Position numbers and translations under genes: made by a program | Part shown: positions 47,101-56,494 of the stretch, piece by piece | How the letters are laid out: the number at the start of each line of letters is the position of its first letter | Position numbering within the stretch: the stretch's first letter is position 1 | The notes under the pieces: generated by a model | What the model saw: only the letters and a program-made list of their open reading frames with translations | What the model was told of the DNA's origin: nothing | Databases searched by the model: none | Assembly (NCBI GenBank): GCA_965216565.1 | Contig: OZ244170.1 | Location: 1,376,001 to 1,440,000 of the forward strand | Reading direction: 5' to 3' | Length of the DNA: 64,000 nt | Source: Bythopirellula sp. | GTDB taxonomy: Bacteria > Planctomycetota > Planctomycetia > Pirellulales > Lacipirellulaceae

Positions 47101-50100
47101 CCTCCAAATCTTTCGGCAGCAGCAAGGAAGCCAAGTTGTCATCCAGGGCATCAGCAGCATCGAGGTGATCGCGGAGAAGCGGGAGATCGACTTCCGGGTC
47201 GGGTATGCCACCAGGACCGAGGAAAGAGGCGAGCTTCTTCTTGACGCTCCCTTTCTTGAAAATCGACAACGGCCAAAACGTCCCACACGCCTTGGACCAA
47301 TCCGTTTCGACCTCGTCGAGTTTGATGCGTCTCACAAGAGAAGACTTGAACCCGCGTGCTTCAACCCCTTCCCATGCCTCTTTGCGTTTCTCCAACAACT
47401 CACCGCGGGAAGCAAGGCGACCTTCCAGTTGGTCGAACTGCTCGTGGAACACCAGCGCCGCTGGTGGCAGTTCTGGACGCATCAACTCGTTAGCCAAGCG
47501 GTAGAACGCTGACTTCTCGGCATTCGTCTGACTGTCATCAGACGGCGCACCAAGCGCTTTAGTGAACGCAGTTAGTGCTGCGTTTAACTCGAGGTTTGCT
47601 CGATCGCGGCTTTCCAGCAGCTCGCGCCGGCCAGCGAGCCCCGCCTTCAGGTCGTCAAATTGCTCATGAAGAACCAGCTGCTTATCCGGCAGCGTCGGTC
47701 GGGTCATTTCGTGGGCAAGTCGGTACAGCGAAGACAGCTCGCTGGACGAGATGTCGTCGGAAAGCGGAAGCTTGAGATTCGTCGACAATCGTTCGATGGC
47801 GTCCTGGAGCGCCCCCGACGCTTCCTTCAACCGCCCACAGGTCGCCAACAAGTCCGTCTCCCAGGCCATCGACCATTCTGCCGCTTCAAGCTGACCAAGG
47901 TTGGCTTCGTCCGGCAAAGCTCCATAAGCAAGCGCAAGCTCTTCCACACAATTCTTCAATGCGTTGTAAGCGTCTCGGTCATGTTTCAAAGTTCGAGGCC
48001 AGCCCAACTCGACTGTCGTTGAATCTCGGCCAAGAACACTTAGGCCCATTGCCTTGTAGGCGGTCCAGCCATTGGCATGTTTGGCGTGAATCGCAGCGAC
48101 GTACTGGTTTAGCTCGTCTCGACGCACTCGCAGCCGCTCGCTCACATCGACCCACTCGCTGTTGCCGGGCCTCGCCCGGCGCTTCCAAGACGCTTCAAGC
48201 TGGTCGAGCAGCCGTCGCCGTTCGGCTTTGTTGGAGTGCAACTCGACGCAGCAATCTCCTAATCCATGTTCCTTGAGCCTGCGATGCACAACATCAAGTG
48301 CTGCGGTCTTCTCCGCCACAAACAATACGGTTTTGCCCACCGCCAAGCACTGCGCAATCAAGTTGGCGATCGTTTGGCTCTTGCCGGTTCCCGGGGGACC
48401 AACGATTACCAGATCGTGTCCTTCGGAAGCGGCCATTACCGCCGTTAGTTGAGACGAGTCAGCAGGAAGCGGGTGAACTATTTCCACTGGCTCGTAGCGT
48501 GTGTCCATCTCGTGCGGACGCGGCATCGGGCCAACACTGTCCACAACGAACGCCTTGTCTGGCTCGTTCACAAGGTGCCGCACGACCCGGTTCTGTTCTA
48601 GCTGATCAACTCGCTCGACCAGGTCCTTCCACATCAGGTACTTGGAGAATGAAAAGGGGCCGATGGCGACATCTTCGACTACTTCAAACCCGGGGATATC
48701 CCTGACGGATCGACGCATGCGCTCCAGCACCTTGGGGACGTCCACACCGCTGTCGTCCGTAGGAAGGTCCGACTCCATCGAGGTCAGGTCGCAATCGAAG
48801 TCCTTCTTCAGAAGCTGCAACAGCGTCGCGTTAAAACGGACTTCATCCTCATGATGCGTTAAATAGTATGGCGACGAGGCGCTGCGGCGGGTCAACTTGA
48901 CTGGCACGAGCAGTAGCGGAGCGCGATATGTTCGCTCGTCGGTGGGCAGCTGCTTCCATCGCAGAAAACCGACTGCGAGGTAGAGCGTGTTTGAGCCTCC
49001 CTCGGCCAAGTCGTTCTTCGCCTTGCGGTAGAGATTAGTGAGCCGCAAACCGAGGTCACGAGCGTCGACGGGGCAGGCAACTTCCTTCCGCTCAAGTGCT
49101 TCTCGCGCAAACTCCAGGTCCAGGTCTTTCTGCGTTCGTTGCTGATGCAGCTCATGGTCGCGTTCACCAACACGGTTCTCGTCTCGCAACGATACCAGCC
49201 GCATCCTTATACCGTCAGCCAGCAGATCCTCCAGACGCGACACGTTTGGGCAGACGATAGGAACCGTCTGTTTGGTCGGACGGAAGTTCAGCAGTCGATT
49301 GCGCAGCGAGAGATCGAGCAGCTTTCTTTGCCAACGTTCGATACGACCTGCAGGCGTCTGCGGGCGAGGTTCTTCCTCCGTGACCGCTGGTCGATCGTAT
49401 CCCGGAGCTGCCGGCAACGCAGGAAGTCCCGTTTCAACTGCCGATTCTTCGGCGGTTGGCCGCTTTGCGTGCGATGCGAGCGGTCGTATCTGGGACATTC
49501 GGCCCCGCGAAACATCGACCGCCGCCACAAACTCTTGCTCGCGTGACTCAGCCAACGCTGCTTCAGCCGCTAGCATCGCCTCGGGGAATCCCGCCGCTGG
49601 TCGGTGCGTCACCAGTGTCGTTTCAAAAACGATCAACTCCTTGGCGGCAATCGCCTTACGCAACTCGCTGGGGTCGGGCTCATTGAGTTTCTGAAGTGTC
49701 TTCTCAATCAGCCACACGCCGATAAAGCAATGCCCCTCAGTCATCACCAAGACCGGATTGAGACCTACAGCTTCCAGCCCCGCCGCAAACAGCAAGGTGG
49801 TGTCAAGGCAGGTTGCCAAGCCATCGGTAAGCACGGTTGCCACACGACGAGTCTTTTGGCCGACCCGCTCGAAACTGCTAGGCGGGTTTGCGTAGGTTAG
49901 CGATTTCGCCGCGATGGATGACCAAAGTGCAGCGGCAAGCATGTACGAGCGATTGGGGTCGCCTGACTGGTATCCATCCAAGGCTGTATGGTGGCCATGA
50001 CGTTCCAGAGATTCTGATGCAGCTTTTAACAGTGGCGAAAGCGCTGGATCATTTGGCGTCACAAATGCTGGCAAGAGCTCGCTCATCGAACCCATGCCGC

Positions 50101-50500
50101 CCCACTCATCCCGGGCCAGTATACGCAGCTCATGGCTCGTTTCTGCGAGCATCGTCTCGCTTGTAACTAACCGGAAGCACAACTTGCCACGAACCGCTTC
50201 GTCAAGACGGTCAAGATATTCGGCATTAATATCCAGATCGATATCACGTAACTCAACTGATTGCCCTGCTCCTACTCGATCGACGGCCCATTTTTTAGGG
50301 TGCGCAAATTCAGGGCTAAACGATAATTCAACGGTAACTGAAGAAAGCTCTTCTTCACTAGGGTTTTCAACAGTGACGTTCTTTAGTAGTGGGACTGAGT
50401 TCTGCCAGGCTGCGTAGTTGAAACAATCTTCCGCATCGATATTCAAAGTTACTTGTGCATTCGGGACAATCGGAGGCTCAGAATTAGCAGAATCTTGCAT
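44114..50500 (-). CDS. DUF4011-SF1 helicase-Vsr/REase-like-DUF3320 protein (Hhe-type defence protein)
   Basis: WQRKLLDLSLRNRLLN (DUF4011), GPPGTGKSQT, FDEASQ, GDPKQLPP, VQGDERD, RLNVAVTRAR, SPFEE...ECDGATYH, HGFARTG (DUF3320). Confidence 0.92.
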   Translation of the reverse strand: MQDSANSEPPIVPNAQVTLNIDAEDCFNYAAWQNSVPLLKNVTVENPSEEELSSVTVELSFSPEFAHPKKWAVDRVGAGQSVELRDIDLDINAEYLDRLDEAVRGKLCFRLVTSETMLAETSHELRILARDEWGGMGSMSELLPAFVTPNDPALSPLLKAASESLERHGHHTALDGYQSGDPNRSYMLAAALWSSIAAKSLTYANPPSSFERVGQKTRRVATVLTDGLATCLDTTLLFAAGLEAVGLNPVLVMTEGHCFIGVWLIEKTLQKLNEPDPSELRKAIAAKELIVFETTLVTHRPAAGFPEAMLAAEAALAESREQEFVAAVDVSRGRMSQIRPLASHAKRPTAEESAVETGLPALPAAPGYDRPAVTEEEPRPQTPAGRIERWQRKLLDLSLRNRLLNFRPTKQTVPIVCPNVSRLEDLLADGIRMRLVSLRDENRVGERDHELHQQRTQKDLDLEFAREALERKEVACPVDARDLGLRLTNLYRKAKNDLAEGGSNTLYLAVGFLRWKQLPTDERTYRAPLLLVPVKLTRRSASSPYYLTHHEDEVRFNATLLQLLKKDFDCDLTSMESDLPTDDSGVDVPKVLERMRRSVRDIPGFEVVEDVAIGPFSFSKYLMWKDLVERVDQLEQNRVVRHLVNEPDKAFVVDSVGPMPRPHEMDTRYEPVEIVHPLPADSSQLTAVMAASEGHDLVIVGPPGTGKSQTIANLIAQCLAVGKTVLFVAEKTAALDVVHRRLKEHGLGDCCVELHSNKAERRRLLDQLEASWKRRARPGNSEWVDVSERLRVRRDELNQYVAAIHAKHANGWTAYKAMGLSVLGRDSTTVELGWPRTLKHDRDAYNALKNCVEELALAYGALPDEANLGQLEAAEWSMAWETDLLATCGRLKEASGALQDAIERLSTNLKLPLSDDISSSELSSLYRLAHEMTRPTLPDKQLVLHEQFDDLKAGLAGRRELLESRDRANLELNAALTAFTKALGAPSDDSQTNAEKSAFYRLANELMRPELPPAALVFHEQFDQLEGRLASRGELLEKRKEAWEGVEARGFKSSLVRRIKLDEVETDWSKACGTFWPLSIFKKGSVKKKLASFLGPGGIPDPEVDLPLLRDHLDAADALDDNLASLLLPKDLEAVAEDKPTGIQPGLESAKRLRESISSTGLDPVAVGRAAGGALEPLTSTARGLYPPGREVEQLRVNLAENLESLGLGPELKATVENDASALDQQLEPAGRLRAAASSLSFSGEVVGKLLGAIDEVGRQTAADYCRAAKSFQGAWLEYTKLAETTPVAAGSTRVASDAAEQSQRVLSGRTLLKNWTAVVSARKQAATHRLDPLIESLRTAKTAPQDAIKCFELSYARWWLPIAVDASDTLRSFQRFQHEDAINDFRELDELARQAAAPRAMKAIYHDLPPSDSVPRKSELGLLRHQMGLKRPSKSIREVVSGMPESFVKLAPCLMMSPLSIAQYLPADQAQFDVVVFDEASQIATWDAIGAIARGKQTIIVGDPKQLPPTNFFGKADNDEENEELDDFEKDLESILDEAQASGLPTLQLNWHYRSRHESLIAFSNYNYYGNELVTFPAAESEDRGVSLSHVEEGIYDRGKSRTNRAEAEAIVADVVARMKRCFVKPEEERLTYGVVTFNSQQQSLIQDLLDEALRKSPLLEWFFADERIEPTAVKNLENVQGDERDIMYFSITFGKDAAGKFPVDFGAINRDGGERRLNVAVTRARQALLVYASFLPDELRAERSSARGVHDLKAFLDYALKGPVAIAGRAEGSVGDYDSPFEEAVAAALGGLGWQVDPQVGVSGFRVDLGIIHPDLPGAYLAGVECDGATYHRSAVARDRDKTRQLVLENLGWSIVRVWSPDWWYDSQSAIDAVHTRLNDLLAESREQAAARADADEITNAAAPRESEQETEPQHEQDPRLDDLEPPTDFAVAIDKSESDGHSSPQLVARNTANEKHCEFYQQAQLEDASEHQDRFYEDDYSKDLRRMALAIVEAESPVRDDLVAKRIARAHGFARTGARIKDRVLSLIPELTATEEDVGRFLWMDEKPLATVSFRYAKDDEERRSLDEISLQEMVGLILSRPELATTEDPALAFAREVGLARLAKSARERLEEAIDIASNREPIA

Positions 50501-51002
50501 AGCGTAACTAACGTGCACTTAATGACAGTGAAGCCCAGTGCGAGCATCGATTGATGAAATCGCCGAACGAGATCAGATGCCCACCTACATCAGGTCTATA
50601 GTTTAGCAATACATCTTGCCTGTGATAATCACGCTAATTTATTATTGTTCGGCCATAAATAGGGCAAGTACACTAATTTTCCGCCCGCAAACCGCTCCTG
50701 ACTGACAAGTGGGTGGCATACCTGGAACGCGAAAAGTCGCCCTCTGGTTTCAGAATTACGATCATGAGAGTAGGTGAGCTCGTCACCCAGACTGGTTTCG
50801 AAGCAGTCATTACCTGCCCGACCGAACTTACCATTGACTCAAGAATATGTGAAATTTTGAATCAGCATGTTTTCAGCGAATCCCACCGTAGTCCATCTCG
50901 ATGATTCTATGCTCGATCAATGACTTAGCCTTCCACAAGTCGTACGGACATTTCCCATCTCGCGAATACGCGCAGAGAGGGACCGCCGGAATCTGCTAAA
51001 GA

Positions 51003-51132
51003 AAGCTGGCAGCAGGGTAGGGCGCCAAAGTGCGGGCGACAGGTGGGGCGTGGTCGCTTCCTCCCCTCCCTCCGCATGGCCCCAGTCGGCATGGCGAGGG
51101 CCATACGGATGAAGGGAAGGAAGCTGGCAGCA
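51003..51132. repeat. 27-bp-arm hairpin with 12-bp direct repeats at the unit ends
   Basis: Arms 51056-51082 and 51098-51124 (23/27 complementary); AAGCTGGCAGCA at 51003 and 51121. Confidence 0.75.
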
Positions 51133-51229
51133 ATTTTTGTCTAGGCAGGTTTTGAACCAGATACCCAGAATGAGTAGAATAAAACTGCTACCTTTCGCAA
51201 CCGACGTTCCTCGCTTCAGATACTTACCT

Positions 51230-52606
51230 ATGCGACGATTATTCTCAGGTTTCTTTCTCTCTATATTTGTGCTCGCTGTGGCTTCGACGGCTAGCGCCGA
51301 GTTCTATACCATCCGAGTGCTCAACCGATCCGGACGACCCTATTCATCGAATAGACTGGAGTTCACTCCCGACGGAGAAAAATTGCTGCTCTCCTCCGGA
51401 AAAGGGACCATGCTACTTGCCGTCGATGGATGCCAAGTTCTTCATGAAAAAAAGATTGCTCCCTTCACCATCGCCTTCTCGCGGGATAGTAGCCAAGTCC
51501 TTATGGCTTCTACTCGTTACACGCAAGCAATGAACCTCGCGACGGGAGCCATTGCCAATATCCGCTGGCAGCTTCCGCCAGGTAAGCTCGGCATTGTGCT
51601 GGAAGAGCAAGCCGGCAAACTGCTCATCAAGTCAATAACTCCAGGTAGTCCTGCTGAAGGGGCTGGAATTACGCTGGGGAGTGAGCTTCTGGTCGTGCAT
51701 GAATTTGGCTCTCGACAATCGGTGCTAGGGCGTGGTGTTGAGAAAACAATAAAATTACTCCAAGGGCCAGCAGGCACAAGTATTGGCCTAACGGTGATAC
51801 CGCGTGGCAAACGCCGCGAAAAACGCTTTAACCTGGTCCGTCGTCGAGGTGAGACTAACGGTTCCACTGTCCGGTTTTTTCCCGAGCGACCGCATCGAGC
51901 TGGGGCTCCTTCGACAATCTTCAGTAAGAACAACTACCTTGTTTTTCTCGACGCGGCGAACGGCGAATTGAATTCAATCATCGCTACCGAAGAAATCAAA
52001 GCCGATGGACTCAAGGCAATCTCTCCAGACGGCAAATACTTTGGCGCAGTTGGCCGTAGACGTGAGAAAGGAGAAACACAATTCTTAGTCGAAGTGTTCG
52101 ACCTAGCTACACGCAAACGACTCTTCGCCACGCCCTACGACGACAGCTATCGCGAAGTCATGTTCTCCAGCGACAGCAAAGACTTCTTGATTGGTAGTCA
52201 CGATTCAGTCTACGTGCTTGATCTGGCTGAGACTGAGTTTTCCAAACAGCTGAATCTCGGCTGGAAACCTACTTTACGTACTGATGTTGACGATGGCAGT
52301 GACACCACCGAGCAAGGCCCAACTGGTTGGTGGCTCAAACAAACTAGCGGTCGGTCTCCTAATCCACTTCTAACGTCCTTTGATCTCGGCGCAGAAGGTG
52401 TACTGGCAGTGGGTGCGCCAACTGGCGAAGTCACACTTTGGTCTGCGGCAACTGGCGAAAAGATCCGGCAAGTTGCACCGCCCGTAGGTCACAAAGCTGA
52501 AAAGGTTCGCATTAGCCCTGACGGCAAGTGGATTGCTTATTACGTCAACGGTGTGCTGACGCTCGAAACGATTGAGCCTGATTCTGAGGATTCCGAAAAT
52601 CAATAG
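51230..52606 (+). CDS. Exported WD40-like beta-propeller protein with inserted PDZ domain
   Basis: Signal peptide; FTPDG, FSRD, SPDGK repeats; GKLGIVL...I.SITPGSPAEGAG...GPAGTSIGLTV PDZ. Confidence 0.8.
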   Translation: MRRLFSGFFLSIFVLAVASTASAEFYTIRVLNRSGRPYSSNRLEFTPDGEKLLLSSGKGTMLLAVDGCQVLHEKKIAPFTIAFSRDSSQVLMASTRYTQAMNLATGAIANIRWQLPPGKLGIVLEEQAGKLLIKSITPGSPAEGAGITLGSELLVVHEFGSRQSVLGRGVEKTIKLLQGPAGTSIGLTVIPRGKRREKRFNLVRRRGETNGSTVRFFPERPHRAGAPSTIFSKNNYLVFLDAANGELNSIIATEEIKADGLKAISPDGKYFGAVGRRREKGETQFLVEVFDLATRKRLFATPYDDSYREVMFSSDSKDFLIGSHDSVYVLDLAETEFSKQLNLGWKPTLRTDVDDGSDTTEQGPTGWWLKQTSGRSPNPLLTSFDLGAEGVLAVGAPTGEVTLWSAATGEKIRQVAPPVGHKAEKVRISPDGKWIAYYVNGVLTLETIEPDSEDSENQ

Positions 52607-52665
52607 GTGAAACGGAAAACAGATAAGTAATCAGTCAACTTTTACTTGCATGAAAAATATATAGC

Positions 52666-52881
52666 ATGATCCTCCTCGTAATAATCGGCCTTGTATTGAT
52701 CGGTCGGGGGATCCAGTGCTGGGTTGAGGATAGCCCTCCTAGCCAAGTGCGGTCGCGCATTTTCTACTTCTACAAGTTTGCTGTCCTACTCGCCTTGATT
52801 TATTGGATGGAAGCGATCGCGTATGCACTGACGTCAGTGACAAGAAGTCTGTATTCCGAACTGGGATTTTCGGGATACTAA
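52666..52881 (+). CDS. Small two-TM hypothetical protein
   Basis: Two hydrophobic stretches; short ORF with weak support. Confidence 0.4.
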   Translation: MILLVIIGLVLIGRGIQCWVEDSPPSQVRSRIFYFYKFAVLLALIYWMEAIAYALTSVTRSLYSELGFSGY

Positions 52882-52956
52882 CGGTGCTTATATCCGGGAG
52901 AAGATGAAGATAGAGCGTGGTTGCATAGTAGTGGCCGGCCGTGGTACGGCTAGAGG

Positions 52957-53253
52957 ATGATCGACGCCTATCTTGCTATCGTCTCAGCCAACGGGCTTGA
53001 GCTACTCACACCAGAAACTGAGCACGCGCGGCAATTTTTGTTTCGCCGCTGTTTCGGCGTACGACGTGGTCGCGAAGCGTGTTTTTGGGCCTATCTTCCA
53101 TCTGGAAATATTGAGCTAATTCAATGGCTTATTGTTTGCGGGCAGTCACGCCCAGCGCTGTGGCTGCTCAACGAATCGGCGATTGATTCGGGGCTTGTTG
53201 CCCCAATCGATGACGAAGAATCCTTGCCAGAATACCATTTAGTCTCTCAATAA
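52957..53253 (+). CDS. Hypothetical protein
   Basis: AGAGG immediately upstream; protein-like composition; co-oriented with DUF932. Confidence 0.6.
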   Translation: MIDAYLAIVSANGLELLTPETEHARQFLFRRCFGVRRGREACFWAYLPSGNIELIQWLIVCGQSRPALWLLNESAIDSGLVAPIDDEESLPEYHLVSQ

Positions 53254-53613
53254 CCGCACGCCTGCGTGACATTCCTACATAAGAGTGGTAAGGTTCTCGC
53301 CTGTTGGTTCAGAAGCAACGCTCCTGAGCTATTGCTCTTTCCTATCTCGGTATCTAGTAGAAGCGATTCCAGTCGTCTTTCTAGGGCAGTTTAAGTATCC
53401 AACCAAAACTGTGCCAGGAGGAGGCGACGGCGTATTTGATTCAGGTTTTCAAAGGCAGCTTCAATCGCCTGTGAATCACTGCGTTGGTTGCTCTCTCTCT
53501 CTTTATTTATCGCGCACTCATTGTATGTATGGCACGGGGCCGAGTCGAAGGCTGCAACCAGCTTTTGGCTCGACCTCATGCAGTGCTGATTTTCTTTAAC
53601 CCCGAGGAGTGTG

Positions 53614-54642
53614 ATGATGACGACTTTAACACGTGCTTCCCAACAACTATTCAAGCGGTCCCCCGACGAGCGATTTGGCTCACTGGACGAGTTGCATGGA
53701 CACTGCTTGCGGGAAAAGCAATTCTCGACCGAGCATTGGCAAGCCCCGCAGTTGCTCCAGCCTCAGGCGGCTGGGGGCGAGGTAACCATCGCTCTCGAAG
53801 GCGAAGACACCCATCGCCTGAGCGATTGGTCGTTCTCGCAGCTTTGCCGCTTGTCGAGTGTTAACAAAGACACTGTCAACCGGCTTACTTCGGAGACGGC
53901 CAGTCAAGCTTTGCGAGAAACGCTACCGTCCAGCGAAAAACCGTTGCAACTGTTAGTGACTGGCAAATCGATTCGTTCGCTCCACGGAGTGAGCTACACC
54001 CGACTTTGGAACGCTGACCTGTTGTCGGTCGTTCGTGAGTTTGCATCCGACTTCCAACCGCCACAGGTGGGAATGAATGGTGCTACCGGGCTGTACTGCG
54101 GGGAGCAAGACCTGTTTGCCTTTCTCATCGACCCGACTGGGTGGACAGAGATCGAGGGCGAAGCGTTTGCTCCCGGATTCTTTGTTTGGAACTCGGAAGT
54201 CGGCAGACGCAGCTTAGGTATCCAGACGTTTTGGTTCCAGGCAGTTTGCCAAAACCACATCGTTTGGGATGCAACGGAAGTCATTGACTTTAGCCGCAAA
54301 CATACCGCCAGTGTTCGAGATGGTTTGGGAGAAATCCGCAGACTGATCGAGCGGCTTGTGGAACGTCGTGATGAGCGACGCGATGGATTTGTTCGTGTAA
54401 TGACGCGTGCGATGCGTGAGCAGTTTGGATCTGATGCAGACGAGGTCATTAAACGACTCGCCAGCAAAGGAATTCCACGCGGCTTAGCAGCGAAAGCGGC
54501 TGAACTGGCCCAAACGGCGGGCCGCTTCACGATATTTTCGCTCGTCGATGCTCTTACCAAGCTCGCTCAGGAAGTTCGCTATGCGGGCGACCGAGCAGAG
54601 ATCGACATTAAAGCCGCTTCACTGCTGGCGCTTGCCGCTTGA
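53614..54642 (+). CDS. DUF932-family phage/plasmid protein
   Basis: GAGGAG SD; GFFVWNSEVG..SL......Q.VC.N motif; start at 53614 or 53617. Confidence 0.85.
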   Translation: MMTTLTRASQQLFKRSPDERFGSLDELHGHCLREKQFSTEHWQAPQLLQPQAAGGEVTIALEGEDTHRLSDWSFSQLCRLSSVNKDTVNRLTSETASQALRETLPSSEKPLQLLVTGKSIRSLHGVSYTRLWNADLLSVVREFASDFQPPQVGMNGATGLYCGEQDLFAFLIDPTGWTEIEGEAFAPGFFVWNSEVGRRSLGIQTFWFQAVCQNHIVWDATEVIDFSRKHTASVRDGLGEIRRLIERLVERRDERRDGFVRVMTRAMREQFGSDADEVIKRLASKGIPRGLAAKAAELAQTAGRFTIFSLVDALTKLAQEVRYAGDRAEIDIKAASLLALAA

Positions 54643-54721
54643 GGCACCGATGTAACTGTTGTTGTCTGGTGATCTGTTTCACCAGCAGTACCCTTTGTCC
54701 TGTTTTTGAGGAGAAATGAAG

Positions 54722-54988
54722 ATGAGTAAGCAAGCGGAGAAAAAAGGTCCGGTCCATGAAGTGCGTATCGGACGAGTGCGTGCAGCAATCTGGGAAAATG
54801 AAACCCAGAATGGTAAACGGCACAACGTTACCATTAGCCGGCTCTACAAGGATGGCGAAGAGTGGAAGGACTCGGCCAGTTTTGGACGCGACGACCTGCC
54901 GCTGATAGCCAAGGTGGTCGATCTGGCACACAGCTGGATATTTGGTATCTCGCCAGAACAAGTGGCCAGTGCGGCTACTGAGTTCTAA
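54722..54988 (+). CDS. Small conserved protein, putative ssDNA-binding (paralog of 24794)
   Basis: GAGGAG SD; PVHEVRIGRVRAAIWEN...WKDSASFGRDDL. Confidence 0.82.
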   Translation: MSKQAEKKGPVHEVRIGRVRAAIWENETQNGKRHNVTISRLYKDGEEWKDSASFGRDDLPLIAKVVDLAHSWIFGISPEQVASAATEF

Positions 54989-55207
54989 TGTTTGTTCGAT
55001 TCGCAGACTTGTCCCGCTGGGATGAGGGAGAGGTTTTGCTAAAGGTTCAACCTTGCGCCGTCGCGGGCCTCTCTCTATAAAAATGACCTGAGAGCCACAA
55101 ATCCGTTATTCAAAATTCTAATTGTAGCTACCTGCCTCTCGTGCTAGGTAATCAGCTGATATTGAACGCAGAAAAACGCACCATCAAAATAGGCATTCCA
55201 TTATGAA

Positions 55208-56188
55208 TCAAATGACAATTCTTTCAATTTCATCCAAGCTCACTGCGTCGCTCGTGCGATCGTACAACTTGGTGGTGCGAACCGACTCGTGGGCAGCGAT
55301 GCGTTGGGCGTGTTCTAGTGACCCACCATTCTCTAAATAGGCGGTAATTCCTGTCGCCCGAAAAGTATGGCAGCAAACGGCGGTCGCTAATCCAGCCTGA
55401 CGAGCGCGACGCTTAATCATGCGGAGCACGTCCACACGGTGCATCCGAATGAACGTTAGCTCTCGACGACGCGATACCGTCCTGAATAGCGGCCCTTTGC
55501 ACTGCTCACGTATGCCGGCAGCAGACAAATAGTCGTCGAGATACTCTTCGGCATTATGATGGGCCGGTACGTCGTGGCGCTTGCCTCCCTTTTCATGGAG
55601 TCGCAGCCACATTCGCCGCCCCTGGGGGTAAAAGTCTTGGACATTCATGCCAATTGTTGCCGAAACGCGGGCGAAACTATACACCATCGTGCCAATGAGT
55701 GCTCTGTCGCGTAAGCCGATGATTGAGCTGACATCTATGGAATCGAGCAACTGCCGAGCCTCGTCGGCACACAGCACGGGCGTACTCCCTTTCTTCACGA
55801 CATGACGTGGACCACGCACCGAAGCGGCCGGGTTCACCGGTAGGACTTGGCCTACCACCAAATAGTCAAACAGCATCCGCACCGCGGCCAGACGAAGCTT
55901 TACAGTTGGTGGGCTGTAGATTTGCATCAGCTGCTCGATGTAAGCAGCGACTATAACTGGCGTTATCTGCAGTAATGAGGCGCCGTACCGATCGCACCAG
56001 TCAAAAAAGTCCGCAACAGCTCGTGCATACGCCAACCGCGTGCCCCGGTTACGTATCTGTGCAGTAAAGAACTCAAGAAACCGCCGCTCGGCACGTCCTC
56101 CCTCGCGCACAATCACTAATGGCAACTCGACACTCCTCGCCAACGCAGCCGGCTCATCAATTATCGGTGGAATTTGTTTGGAATCCAT
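55208..56188 (-). CDS. Tyrosine recombinase (plasmid/transposon resolvase-like, N-terminal SAM-like domain)
   Basis: Catalytic R (FARVS), K (EKGGK), HTFR, AAH, TTKLY; no long arm-binding N-domain. Confidence 0.93.
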   Translation of the reverse strand: MDSKQIPPIIDEPAALARSVELPLVIVREGGRAERRFLEFFTAQIRNRGTRLAYARAVADFFDWCDRYGASLLQITPVIVAAYIEQLMQIYSPPTVKLRLAAVRMLFDYLVVGQVLPVNPAASVRGPRHVVKKGSTPVLCADEARQLLDSIDVSSIIGLRDRALIGTMVYSFARVSATIGMNVQDFYPQGRRMWLRLHEKGGKRHDVPAHHNAEEYLDDYLSAAGIREQCKGPLFRTVSRRRELTFIRMHRVDVLRMIKRRARQAGLATAVCCHTFRATGITAYLENGGSLEHAQRIAAHESVRTTKLYDRTSDAVSLDEIERIVI

Positions 56189-56494
56189 CGACCAACCATG
56201 CCACAAATAAAGCGTTTCAAAAAGGACGTTTTGCAACGTCTACTGACAGTCGATACTTTCCTTGGATTCGCGAATCGATGAACTTTCCCCTGCGCAAATG
56301 ATCCGCAGTTGCCAACTGCGCCAATTAGCTAGCGCCTATGGCGAGCTATGGTTTTGTCAAGCAGTATCTTGCCTTTGTGGTGAATTCGTGACATGGTGAT
56401 TCGAACAGATCCTTGCCACCACAAACTGGGGTGGTGTTCCTGTCGCTTAGCAGTGCATCCCATGGCAATGCTACTGTAGGGAGAATCATCAGCG

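Noticed and set aside
39828..50417. Numerous + strand ORFs opposite yhaN, yhaO and the helicase
   Set aside because: Shadow ORFs typical of GC-rich coding DNA (Ser/Arg-rich translations)
55208..56188. This tyrosine recombinase as the integrase for the tRNA-like ends
   Set aside because: It looks like a resolvase-type enzyme without an arm-binding domain and is not adjacent to an att-like site; not formally excluded
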